Below, in pieces: positions 38,759 through 51,382 of a stretch of DNA of 64,000 bases; position 1 is the stretch's first letter; each line of letters begins with the position of its first letter. The DNA is from Callorhinchus milii (lineage: Eukaryota), in assembly GCF_018977255.1 (NCBI RefSeq), contig NW_024704743.1:17362001-17426000 (forward strand), in the 5' to 3' direction. The notes beneath the pieces were generated by a model. The model saw only the letters and a list, made by a program, of their open reading frames with translations. It was not told where the DNA came from and searched no databases. The position numbers and the translations under genes are program-made.

Positions 38759-39489
38759 CTGAAAAAAAACAGGAAATTTAATTACAAAATAATTACAAAA
38801 ATAATTACATTCAATTACAAAATAACTGAATAGTGTTTCAAAAGTTGATTTTGACTAAATTAATCCAGTGTCATTTACATTTACTTCCAATGCAACTCGA
38901 CACAAATCACAGTCGAAATAAAGGGGTAAACTTTGCGGCAATTCATAATATATTTGGATGTGGGTGACTCTAACATTTTGCTGGTATTTATTGCCTATCC
39001 CTTGTTGCCCTGAGAAGGTGGTGGTGAGGTATTCTCTTTAAACCCCTGCTGTCTTTGTGGCAATGGTGTTCCCCAAAATGCACTCGATAGGGAGTGATTT
39101 TCACCAGTGACGATTAACACAATTGGTAAGAATTATTGCAAATTTCTGCTGTTTTCCTGAATAAGGACATCATGTATCAGTGATTTATTTGCTGTAGCCA
39201 GGCTTTTCCTCTCAATCTCAGATGTCACTGTTGATGCTTCGCTGCTGTGGACCTGCTCAAAACTGCCTTCCTAGAGGCACTTTGTCCTTGCAGGAGTAAA
39301 GGAAACCAACTTAATTCAGTCAGTATCTCTTCCCTAGTTTTAAATTGTTGATTTGGGCAACCACAGCCTTTTAGCAACCACCCTGGAACAGCTTAGACAG
39401 CCCAGTTTGCATGCCAACAAACCCTTACTCAGAGGCTAACCTTATCTATAGGCCAGTTTGGTTGTTGCAGCACAAGTTTGACTGGATCT

Positions 39490-39715
39490 ATGTCCTCCAA
39501 TCACTGACTCCCTTACCAGTGCAAATAGCTTCGCTCTCTTTAACCTGTTGAAATCCCTCATAACTTTATGCACTTCTATCAAGTCCCCTCTCAAGATTCT
39601 CTGCTTCAATGAAAACGGACCCAACTTCTCCAATCTCCCCTCATACCCAAAGCCCCTTAGCCCTGGTAACATTCTCGTTAATCTCTCCTGAATTCCCTTC
39701 AAGGCTGTAACATCC
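39490..39715 (-). mobile_element. CR1 LINE ORF2 C-terminal fragment
   Basis: TRMLPGLRGFGYEGRLEKLG.FSL..R.LRGDLIEV.K. Confidence 0.75.
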
Positions 39716-39798
39716 TTTTTAAGGATAAAACCTCACCCGACCAAATTCACATCCAAATAGCAGTTACAATATTGCAATTGTTCTATAATGGTCTGTAC

Positions 39799-39868
39799 CT
39801 TGTCATTTGTTCCTCGAGTGTGTCTGAAATGGTCATATTCAAGTTGATGGTTGTATTCGTATTGTTGC
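39799..39868 (-). CDS. ABCB1: ABCB1-type coding exon 4, first extracellular loop (NNTNTTINLNMTISDTLEEQMT)
   Basis: tttgcag / gtacag boundaries; 70 nt restores the frame; LEEQMTR motif; three N-X-T sequons. Confidence 0.9.
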
Positions 39869-40926
39869 CTGCAAAACAGTTTATTTTCTGATTAATGGCA
39901 TAAATATAAACATTAGCGGCAGGTGGCTTGGACTAGAGAGGCCCAACCCCCAACAACAACAAAATTACATTTGTATAGAGCTTTCACGTCAGGAGGACGT
40001 CCCAAGGTGCTGGACAGCAGAGTTTCGGACTTGAGCTGGGCGTCGGGTTCGGGGAGAGTGGAGGGCAGGGGTGGGGGGAAACAGGGTGATCAAAAGCACA
40101 GTCCAGCGAGCTGCTTGGTGGGATGTCCTCACCTCTGATTGGCCAATGGATCTGGCAGTCAAGCCAACAGCTCACCCATCTTGAAGAGGACCAACCCTCT
40201 AAATGAGTTTTACTCCCCCTGTACATCATCGTAGATTAATACAACAATCTTAGATATTATTTTATATTTTGAAACTACTGTTTACCATACCATACACATA
40301 AGTGCAGTGCATATATTTCCTTTTATGAAACTATCGCTATCTTTGCAACTGCACTTTAAAGTTTAAAGTGTAAAGTTAAAGTTGGTTCTCCCAACGTGAA
40401 AAGTGCAATAGCAAATGTAAGGATTATTATTATTACTGTTTACAATAAATCCTGTGAAGTGCACTGAAACATTCTCCTGACATCAAAAAGTGCTATCAAC
40501 TACATGGATTTTATTATTGTTATTTTCTTTAATTTTAATAGCATGTTTATTTATAGTGTATCTCCTTCCAGAAACAGATTCCAGAAATATTTGCAAATTG
40601 AATCTTAATGGCTTTCGTATTCAATGCAACTTACACTTATATAGCACCGTGTTACATATAATCAAAAGTACCATGTTTGGTCATTTTAATAGATCTGGAA
40701 ACCCACACCACAGTTAGGAATATCCAAAGCAAACAGAATTCCACATATATATGCCATTTATGCATTTAATTTTTCCTGCTTCTGGAATGGAATCCACCCT
40801 CTCCCTGGAGGATCCTGCCCACCTAGTTCTGGTAGAGTATTAGGTGCAGATTCACATTCATTGATTATTCCCCAATAAGAGGATGGGGAGATGACCTGCT
40901 CCCAGGACTCTGCAAATTCCATTTGA

Positions 40927-41213
40927 TGGAGTCCTGTAGCTCAGTGGTTAGAGCACTCGATTCCCGGCAGGGCAAAACTTGGGCAAGTTTCCTTATTCCA
41001 CACACCTGATAATAATTCCTCAAGAAAAAAAACAATAATAAATTGGTCACTTCATTCCACGATTGTTTGTGGACACTGCTGAGCGCAATTGGCTGCCGAG
41101 TTTCATCCACAAATATACAGTCAATTCACTTTACAGTATATTCTGTGAAGCGTTTTGAGATGTCTAGAACACGTGAAAAGCGCTATATCAAATGCAAGGA
41201 TTATTATTATTAC
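40927..41213 (+). mobile_element. tRNA-derived SINE (young family) copy
   Basis: TGGAGTCCTGTAGCTCAGTGGTTAGAGC head with a small deletion; tail ...CAAATGCAAGGATTATTATT. Confidence 0.85.
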
Positions 41214-41701
41214 TTAGAATGAATGTCTCAAAGTGCTTAATAATAATCCTTGCATTTGATATATCATATTCAGATGTCTCAAAGTGCTTCACAGTAGTGT
41301 AAAGCGCAATGACTGTATATTTTGTTGGTAAATACAATATGGTGCATTGAGCAGGAAAAAGGAAGTGAGATAATGCCTTTGTCAATGCCTGCACTGCAGT
41401 AACACAGGCCTAAATTATGAGGAAAAGCTGTGTAAACTTGGATTGTATTCCCTTGAGTTTAGAAGGTTGAGGGGTGATTAGATTGAGGTATTTAAGATAA
41501 TAATAATCCTTGCATTTGATATAGCGCTTTTCACGTCAGGAGGACGTCCCAAAGCGCTTCACAGAACACACTGTAAAGTGAATTGACTGTATATTTGTGG
41601 GAGAAATAATTAAATGGCAGAACGGGCTTGAAGGGCTGAACGACCTCCTCCTGTTCTTATATTCCTACGTAGAGTTCAAAGTCCCAATGAGGGGCCTAAA
41701 C

Positions 41702-43112
41702 CAGGGGTGGGAAATTATTTTGGCTGGCGGGCCACTTCACAAGTTTTGGTAAACTTCCCAGCCACACACTTAATATAGATGCAAATGCTTAATAATAGCT
41801 CAAAATTAAGTCTTACACTTGTAGATGCGTAAAATAAAGTCTATATAATTGACATTCATTAAGATTAGGTTAAATTAAAAACAACTCATTGAGTAGACAT
41901 TTATTCGATATTTATTCATTTATTCACATATTGATGAGAATGTGAGAAGCTCACTCAATGGGAAAAATGAAAGCACTGATGTGCATTAGCCAGACAATTG
42001 AGGTCAGGCATCGTCTCCGTTGTTGCAATGCAGAGTACTGCTGCAAGGTGGTCATCGGTCATCACAGATCTATGTTTTGATTTATTGAATCTCATCACAG
42101 AAAATGTCTCCTTGCATATGTATGTTGATCCAAACAGCAAAAGCATTCTCCGGGGATCAGCCTTTATTTTTGGAAAGGTACATTCATTAAGAGAGGCATA
42201 AAAACTGGGAAGCGACACTGATTTGAATTGCTCCGCAAGCAATGGATCACATTGCAGGTCAATAAGCTTGAGTTGGAGGTCAAATGGGCCTTTGTCAACA
42301 TCAAATGGAAAGGTGAAGAGACCAAAGACAGGTCATTTACGGTCAAATTGAAATCCTGAAATCGGCGAGAAAATTTAACATGTAAGTCAAATAGTGACAA
42401 AGTATACTTTTAAGACTTTGATCGCAAACAGTAAATCTGCTGCAAAGTTGGAAAGTGGGCAAACAGCCTGTTTCCTATCTGATGCGATAAAATAAATAAT
42501 TTTGTCACAAATGACTTGACACTGCAATACAAATCGTGCCCAAAGGCCCCCTTCCGTTGCAATTTTGATATCAAGGGCAAATGCGAAATCAGAGAGCCAA
42601 TTCGCATCATCTCATCAGCTTTCTTTCCTTTTTCTTTAGCAGAAACGTTCTTATATTTGCGAGCATGTTTGCTCTCAAAATGGCGATTCAAGTTGTAGTC
42701 TTTGAGCACTGCGACACTTCCTTTGCAAATTACGCACACAGCTTTTCCACCCACACCGGTAAAAAAAAATTAGAAGTCCATTTTTTGTTGAATATTCGGC
42801 CTTTAGCGTTCACCTTCCGCTTCTTTGATAAGCTCATTTTGAATTAACGTCCTCTTCAGTGAAAAGTATTGCCGTGATTGCCGCTCGCGCGTTTGAAAAT
42901 TTGCCGATCCGTACATTTCTGACGTCAGCCTGATTCAACACTTAAGGGAGCCTGCGCACAACTAAACAGTGTGATTGGCTAATGTTCCCAGTTTGGTTCA
43001 AATGCGAATTTGTGCGACTTTCTGGGACTGAACGAACTATTGTTAGACACAATGACAGGCCTGATAGAATCATTTGGCGGGCCGGGTATGGCCCGTATTT
43101 TGCCCACCCCTG
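41702..43112 (-). mobile_element. hAT DNA transposon (Buster/Charlie/SPIN-like), internally deleted, non-autonomous
   Basis: TIRs CAGGGGTGGG at both ends; perfect 8-bp TSD GCCTAAAC (41694-41701, 43113-43120); transposase fragments CVIC...NLNRHFESKH and FGSTYIC..FS.M...KSKHRS. Confidence 0.93.
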
Positions 43113-45097
43113 GCCTAAACCCACAATCTTCTAATTTGATTCAGAGGCGAGAGTGCTGCCAACTAAGCCAAGCTGACACATAATCTGTGGACTGAATATA
43201 TCAGTGATCTATTCAATCATGCACATTTCAAAGTACAAAAGGAAAGTCAGAAATGCTGTTGATTCATAGGTATGATTAATTGCCCTCTTTGGAATGCAAA
43301 TGTTTTACAAATGGCCTCAGTATTGCAGGTCATATCAGCTGGTTATCCAGAATCTCTGCTAGAGTTGTGGATGCCAAGGTAGACAAGGGTTAGGGGAGGT
43401 AATAATGAGCCCAGTAGTGAAATAACATGTCAAACCTAATTAGGCAAGATACCAGCGGGTGCCTGGTCATGGAAGAGTAGAAGGGAAAACACTCAAACTT
43501 ATCAAAAATCACAGAATCAGGTAGAAAATGTGACTGAGAAAACTGGTAAGAAAATATATTTTAATGAGAAACATGTAACAATACTAACCCAACTGACACT
43601 CTCACTGCACTGTATCTGGAATTCCGCCAGGTACAAAACAATACAAAATTACATTTTCACACCGAGAGGACGTCTCAAGGCACTGGACAGTCAAGGATTT
43701 GGACCTGAGCTGGGGGTCAGCATCGGGGAGGGTGGTGGGCAGGGACGGCAGGCAGGTGGCCGAAGGTGCGGTCAAAGAGGAGGGTCTTGAGATATGCCTT
43801 GAAGGAGGCAAGGGAGGGAGCGAGGTGAGGGGAATGTGGGATTGAGTTCCAAAGGGTGGGAGAGAGGCTGAAGTCTGACCGCCAATGGTGGTGTGGGCCG
43901 GGCGGGGACGTGGAGCAAGCTATAGCCTGCTGAGTGGAGGGAGCAGATAGGTTGATATGGCATACAACTGGCCAGTAGCAATTCAAAGATAGCACTACAA
44001 CGAGTTCTCATTTCCCCTCCTCCACCATCAATTACCGTGAAAGAATTTTTTAAAAAAGTCATTAGTTTCAAACTATTAGAACAATAGATATTTACAGCGC
44101 AGAAGAAGGCAATTCAGCCATATGATGTTCTTTTAAACAACAATCATTTCAGTCCCATTGATCCAAAATGAATAATTTTTATAATTTGTCTTGTTATATA
44201 CTCATCAATTTATTAATTTGCTTTATTTGAAGGTAAGTGAAAAAGTATGTGTAAAGTCTTGATGATTCTTTTGTAGCGTTGAAATTTTCTGAGGAAAAAA
44301 ATCCCGAAAAGCAATAAACCCTGTGCCTGCCTGGTACATTTAGTGGAATTCTTGCCTCTGAGTCAGCAGGTAGTAGATAAAAACCCCACATGGGGACTGT
44401 GAATTCCTAGTATATGCTGACACTCCAATGCAGAAACCACGGGAAATGTTGAATTATCAGAAATGCCAATTTTCAGATGAAACCTTGAAGGTCCCGTCTG
44501 CTCTTTCAAGTGGGTGTTAAAGATTTTGTATCAATCAAAACAATCCTCCAAATAGAACTTGGTCATTGGCTGTTTGTGGGACATTGCTGTGTGCAAATTG
44601 GCTGTCAAATCCATCAACAAATACATATTCACCAGATTGCATAATAAATACTATAAAGTGCTTTGAGATTTCTTGTTGATATCAAATCAAGGATAATTAT
44701 CATAACTATTATTATACATTGAAAATGAAGGATCCATTTCTGTAAGTTTGCGTGCGAAGAGTAAATGTTAAAATAGGTTAGAAATTAATAATTAACTATT
44801 TCAATAAACATAAACCAGGTATAGAAGTTATATAATTTCAAATCTTGAAGTTGTATAACATGAGGCAATCTGCCTTCTAACCTTAAAGAATTATACAATA
44901 ATTTTATTACATAATATTTTGCAAACAGGACTCCTCTATTTTGGGATATGACAGAAACTCATATTTGTCACCATGATTGGATTCAATTCAATAGAGGAGT
45001 TGAACTTTGATCATTTTATGTGGCGTCGATCATGGTACTTTCCACCCTGTTATTTTTTGATGTAGAGATTACTGAATTATGTACATTACACAATAAA

Positions 45098-45403
45098 TCT
45101 GTGGTTAGAGCACTCGCCTTGAAGCGAGACACCTTGGTTCAATTCCAGGCAGGGCAAAACCTTGGGCAAGTTTCTTTACTCCGCACGTCTAATAATAATC
45201 CCTCCAAAACAAAAAAAATAATAAATTGGTCATTTTCAATCCATGACTGTTTGTGGGACACTGCTATGTGCAATTGGCTGCTGCGTTTCGCCCACAAATA
45301 TACAGTCAATTCACTTTACAGCATATTCTGTGAAACGCTTTGAGACGTCTAGAAGACGTGAAAAGAGCTACATCAAATGCAAAGATTATTATTATTATTA
45401 TTA
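45098..45403 (+). mobile_element. tRNA-derived SINE (young family) copy
   Basis: Same family; tail hairpin ACGTC-TAGAA-GACGT. Confidence 0.85.
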
Positions 45404-45741
45404 TAAATGCAAGTTGTTTTAGGTCAATATGCTGATGGGTATTTGGATATAACATGCCACATAAACCTATAAAATCAAGTTAGATAGTTTTCTAACAACT
45501 TAGTACACACTGAGAGAAGAAAAAGACTGTCACTGCCACACCTGAGTTCAAGAATCCAACCACGAGAAATCACTTTATCCTACTGCGTAAACAACATCAT
45601 GATCAAGAAAGAGTTCAAGGTTAATGAAGTCAGTATGCTGTTGCTTAATGCTTAATAATAATAATCCTTGCATTTGATGTGGCGCCTTATCACGGCTTCG
45701 GGATGTCTCAAAACGCTTCACAGAATATACTATAAAGTGAA

Positions 45742-47370
45742 CAAAACACAAAATACTGCAGATACTGGAAATCTGAAACAAAAACAGAGAGACCTGGGGA
45801 AACTCAGCAGGTCAGGCAGCATCTATGGAGAAAGAAAAGTGAGTCAACGTTTTGGGTCCACGACCCTTCATCAGAACTGGGGAGAGAACGTTTTAGTTGA
45901 TAGATTAAAGAGGTGAGAGTGGCGTAAAACAAAAGGGAGGTGGGGGTGGGGTGGAAACAAAACTGGGGAGAAGAGTGTTAATATGCAGAACAGGTAGCAC
46001 ACCAGAGAGAGACAAAGAGTGTCTGGGGTGATGATTGTAATGATAACAGAAGATAACTCTTCTGGTAACAGAAAGAGGGAGAGGGGGGAAGGTGAGCTGT
46101 TATGGTCTGAACTGGCTGAAATCGATATTGAGGCCAGAGGGCTGTAGGGTCCCTAGCAGATAGATAAGATGCTGTTCCTCAAGCTTTCGTTGTGGATCAA
46201 TGGAACAGTGTAGGAGACCATGGATGGAGAGGTCAGACTGTGAATGGGAATGTGAGTTAAAATGGCAGGAGACCCGAAGATCAGGGTTGACCTTGCGTAC
46301 AGAACGAAGGTGTTCTGCAAATCGGTCAGCCAATCTGCACTTAGTCTCCCCAATACAGAGGAGACTACACCGTGAGCAGCAGATACAGTATACTACATTG
46401 GTGGTAGTACATGTAATCCGCTGTCTTACATGGACGCTGTGTTTGGGGCCTTGGATAGTGTTCTGGGAGGAGGTAAAAGGGCAGGTATTACATCTCCTGC
46501 GCTGGCATGGGAAGGTGCCAGGGGAAGGAGAGGAGCTCGTAGTGCTGACGGCGGAATGAACTAAGGAATCCCAGAGGGAACGATCCCTTCGGAATGCAGA
46601 GAGGGGAGGGGAGGAAAATATGTGTTTGGTGGATGAGTTACGCTGGAGATGCCGAAAATGTCAGAGAATGATGTGCTGAATATTGAGGCTGGTGGGGTGG
46701 TGGTGAGGACTAAGGGGACCCTATCACGGTTCCGGGATGGGGGGGAATGGGTGAGGGCAGAGGTGCAGGAAATAGGGCAGACACAGCTATTACTGTCCTT
46801 GGCTATTACTGGCCTTAGCTATTACTGTCGGGAATCCTCGGTCGAGGAAAAATGAGGACATCTCGATTGCTCTAGCGTGGAAGGTTGCATTGTCAGAGCA
46901 GATGTAGCAGAGGCGGAGGAACTGGGAAAATGGGATGGCGTCTTTGCAGGGGACTGGGTGGGATGAGGTGTAACCAAGATAGCTGTGGGAGTTGGTGGGC
47001 TTATAGAAAATGTCTATGGATAGTCTGTTACCTGAGGTGGAGGTAGTGAAGTCGAGGAAGGGAAGGGAAGAGTCAGAGATGGTCCAAGTGAATTTTATGG
47101 AGAGGTGGAAGGTGGAAGCAAAATTTATAAATGCTTCTAACTCACTGCAAGAGCAGGAAGCGGCCCGACACAGTTATCGATGTACCTGAGAAACAGGTCA
47201 GGGTATGGACCTGAGTAGGAGTGTTCCAGGTGGCCAATAAAAAGGCAGGCATAGCTGGGACCTATGCGGGTTCCCAGAGCAACACCTTTTATTTGAAGGA
47301 AGTGGTTAGAATTGAATGTAAAGTTGTTCAATATCAGAACAAGTTCAGCCAGACGAGGATGAGAGATAAG
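45742..47370 (-). mobile_element. Penelope-like retroelement, 5'-truncated (RT fragment, GIY-YIG endonuclease, 3' tail)
   Basis: NNFTFN...Q.KG.A.GTR.GPSYACLF, LRYID; VYCICCSRCSLLCIGET; RFAEHLRS..V.CHFN..H...LEEQHLI..LGTLQPSGLN; 13-bp flanking duplication. Confidence 0.88.
45845..45874 (-). ncRNA. Degenerate minimal hammerhead ribozyme motif in the Penelope-like element tail
   Basis: CTGATGA-A-GGGTC-GTG-GACCC-AAAAC-GTT; stem II intact; core GAAA mutated to AAAA. Confidence 0.6.
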
Positions 47371-49639
47371 ACTGTAAAGTGAATTGTCTGTATACTTTGT
47401 GAGCGAAACATGGGAGCCAATTGCGCACAGCAGTGTCCCACAAACAGTCATAGATTGAAGCAAACAATTTTTTTAAAAGGAATTATTACCTCAGGAAAAG
47501 CAATCCGCCAATCGACTAACAAGCGCGTTCTTATTTATTGCTAGGTAAACAGGTGTGTGGAATAAGGAAAATTTGCCCCTAATTTCGCCTTGCCGGGAAT
47601 TGAATCCAGGTCTCTCGCTTACAAGGCTGGTGCTCTAACCACTGAACTACAGGACTCCACAACTGAAATAATTACCTTGGAGGAGGCCTTGCAGAGGTGT
47701 ACAATAAATAAATTCCTCCTTGCATTTGATTCAGCCTCCTTTCTCAAAGCGCTTCACAGGATTTACTGAAACGTATAGTGTAGTAACCCTCCAACCACTC
47801 TGACTAGAGGCGGGCTCGGCCTGCTTCACGTTCCCTGCCTTGCCTGCCGCACCATTGATGGGTGGACCTTCAGCATCTCTGCCCCCACCTCCATCCCACA
47901 GTCCCTCCACCTCGCTCCCGCCCTTACCTCCTTCAAGACTCATCTCAAGACCCTCCTCTTCAACCGTGCCTTCAGTCAACCTCCTACCCGTACCTTCCCA
48001 ACCCTCCACCACTCCTGATCCAACCACCAGCTTGGGTTCGGATCCCTGACAGTCTAGCGCCTTGGGACCTCCTCCTGACATGAAAGGCACTATGAAAATG
48101 TCATTTGTTGTTGTTACCTTCTACAATTCTACTGACCCAGCCACTCTATTTGCTAAGCGAACACTGGCCTGCTTTATCCACTGTATCCACTCCACCAATG
48201 GCAGGCAAACTTTTGGCCTTTCTGGCCCTGGTCTCAGTAACTCCAACCTTCCAACTCATTGCCTCATTCCCTAGTTTGAAAGCCCATCTCAAGAAATCTC
48301 TTTGATCTGCCTTTGGTCATCTCCCCCCTGCCCACACACACACAAAGCTCTTTCAGCTCCCACCCACCACTAGTCAGCAGTGTAAAGTGGTTTGAGACGT
48401 CCTCCCAATGTGAAATTCGCTGAATAAATATAAATTGTATTATATAGTCAACAGGGCAGAAGGATATCTAGAGGTGATGTTTCTATCCAATCCCTGCTGG
48501 TCTAATGCGATGAAAGAGTTGTCAGTCTTTTTCCAAATCTATCTAAAATTCTTATTACAATACAGTTAGTTCAATTTAATACTTAAGTAAATGCATTTCA
48601 CTAGTCAGCAAGACTGTGGTTATTACTCATAATATCATGTGATTTGCCTGTCCCAAGTATACCTAAATCCCTACCATTTCATTCTAAAGAGCGTGTGCTG
48701 AGTGGGTAAGTAAGTATGAAGTCGACAAAGTTGTGGTTCTTGCTCATGACTCTCAAGGGAAAAGTTTCTCTATAATTTTACATGACACAGTCACCTCTGC
48801 TAGGGAATCATTGGCACTAAAGACAGTATAATTTCCTGGCTCTGCACCTTCCACTGACACAGTGAAATTTTCATCCTAAACATCAGCTTTGAAAAACTAA
48901 TGAAAATTGCTTTCAGTCTTTTCACCTGTGATTGACCACTGATTCAGGGAAGAATGGTCAGAAGAACTGCAGCATTTTGTAATTACTTTTGACAGCAGAT
49001 TTATGGTGAAGATTAATTTCAGTTATTAAATGTGATATCTGTACCAACATCTTTCCGTGGGCAAATGATTCCAGACAATATGGTCAATATTGTCAAAACA
49101 AGTTAATGTGCCAAAATAAATTTGGGTCACTCAATATACAACTGTTTGTGGGATGATACTGTGCGCAATTGGCTGCCGTGTTTTGCCCACAAAATACACG
49201 GTCAATCCACTTTACAATATATTCTGTGAAACACTTTGAGACATGATAAGGAGCTATATCAGATGTATTGTTATTGTTATAATTTGAAATATGCTGTAAC
49301 ACACCAGCCACAGAGGCTGACATTGATCAAAACGAAACCTATCAAACCACTTTTCATTCACTGTTAAATCACTCCTGATTTAACAGTAATTTTTAAATAA
49401 AGAATTCTTACTTAAAATGTGCCTGATTATTTGGATCTTATTTCGGTGAACTAGTTGTACTAACAATTGAATTATGATCCTTGTGTTTGATATATCATGT
49501 CAGTACATCTCAAAGCACTTCACAGAATTTTTGGGGGGTCAACCGAGTGTCTGATACGTGCGGAAACCCATCACCATACTTAAGAATATCCAAACCAAAC
49601 TGAGAATTCCATGCACTCCAACTCACAGGATTTACTCAG

Positions 49640-49986
49640 TATTTTGTTGGCAAACACACCAGCCAATCTGCCCACCGCAATGTGCCCGCAATGTCCAGCC
49701 TGAAGTGAATGACTAATTTTATCTAGGTTTTTTTTTGGCCAGGACACCGGGAAAAATTGCATTCTCTTTTCAAATAGTGCTATAGGTGCTTTAACACCTA
49801 ACATGCACTGAGAACCTTGGTTTAGCATCTCATCTAAAAGACAGCATCACCAACAATGCAGTGCTCCCCAATACTAAAATTGGGTGTCAGCCTAGACTTT
49901 TGAATCTAAAGGTCTAACATAGTGCTTGTACCCACAACCCTTTGACTCAGAGGTGAGAATTCTACCAAGTGAACCAAGCTGATAAC
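49640..49986 (-). mobile_element. Older Deu-like SINE copy
   Basis: Reverse-complement head at 49930-49985 and Deu-like core. Confidence 0.6.
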
Positions 49987-50046
49987 CTGTGTCTACTAAA
50001 CACATCCAATTATGTAAAGAATATCCCTTCGTAAAGTGTACTCTGT

Positions 50047-50680
50047 AACATCGCCCAACTCCGCCACTACCTCACCCCTCAGGCCACTGAAACTCTTGTT
50101 CATGCCTTCATCACCTCCAGGCTCGACTTGCAAATGTCCTGCTTGTCGGCCTTCCCAACTCCTCCCTCCACAGACTGCAGATAATCCAGAACTCTGCAGC
50201 CCGTGTCCTCTCCCGCACCAAACTCCGTGACCCCATCTCCCCCACTCTTGCCCGATTCCATTGGCTCCCTATCCTTCAGAGGATCCAGTTCAAGATCCTG
50301 GTCCTCACATACAAAGCCCTCCATGGCCTCGCCCCACCCTAACCCCCTACCTCTGCGACTTCCTAACCTCCTACCAACCTGCCTGTTCCCTCTGGCCTGC
50401 TCAACGTCCCCCGACCCACCATTGGCGGGAGCGCCTTCAGCCACTCTGCCTCCAGTCTCTGGAATTCCATCACCCAATCACTCCGCCTCGCCCCCTCCTT
50501 AGTCTCCTTCAAGTCCCGCCTCAAGACCCTCCTCTTCGACCATGCCATAGGCCACCACCCTTCCCCTCCCCTCCCTTACCCACCAACCCCAGCTTGGGTC
50601 TGAAATGCTGTACTCTGTCCAGCGTCTTTGGACGTTCTCCCGACGTTCTATACAAATGTAATCTTGTTGTTGTTGTTATT
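50047..50680 (+). mobile_element. L2 LINE 3' fragment, same subfamily as 29097-29920, opposite orientation
   Basis: Near-identical antisense peptides (MEGFVCEDQDLELDPLKDR...); (GTT)n tail. Confidence 0.88.
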
Positions 50681-51240
50681 ATATTGCTAATGAACATATT
50701 AAACACTTAGTCAAACATAAAATAGCAAAAATAGCAATATTTGCAAATCATAAACCAGCATGTTCTTTGTAAACATGTTCCACATTTATTTGCTATTAAC
50801 CTATTCCTCTTCACATTTTTAAATTATACTGGGTGCAATACAGTATTTGTTTTAATAATTATAATAACAATCCTTGCATTTGATATAGCACCTTATCAAC
50901 TCTTCGAGATGTCTCAAGGAGTTTCTCAGAATATACTGTAAAGTGATTTGACTGTATAATCTGTTTTGATACAGATATGTACAATGGAAAATGGAATTAA
51001 GAGAGAATTATGGTCTTCTTTGTCATGGTAAGTTTCTATGGTTCTACGGATTAGCCATATTACTTCATGGTCAGATTTCGGAGTTCATTGCCATTTGCCA
51101 CTCATGTTCTTTTCCCTTGTTCTTTCTTTACTAAAGTGGAGAAGAGCCCACCCAGAAAAGGGCCTCTGTCTGTTTGCATAAGGGATAAGAAGAACAATTG
51201 TATTCAACATTGTGTTTTGAACAAGAATTTGAGCATTTAC

Positions 51241-51382
51241 CTGGTACTCTTCCATCCATAACAAAGCTGTCAGTCATGTCTCCAAACACTATGACCATGA
51301 GGGGGAGCGCAGCCCCATGAATTAAGGCAGCCAAACTACCCAGCACCATCAGTAGTTTGTCCAAACGTCCTGAATAGCGAAA
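51241..51382 (-). CDS. ABCB1: ABCB1-type coding exon 3, TM1 ([41 protein letters not shown]...)
   Basis: Hallmark P-gp TM1 sequence; AG/GT boundaries; 142 nt. Confidence 0.95.

Noticed and set aside
41955..42754. GTF2IRD2/ZBED-like domesticated transposase gene
   Set aside because: Fragmented by frameshifts and a large deletion, and still bounded by TIRs and a TSD, so it is a dead transposon.
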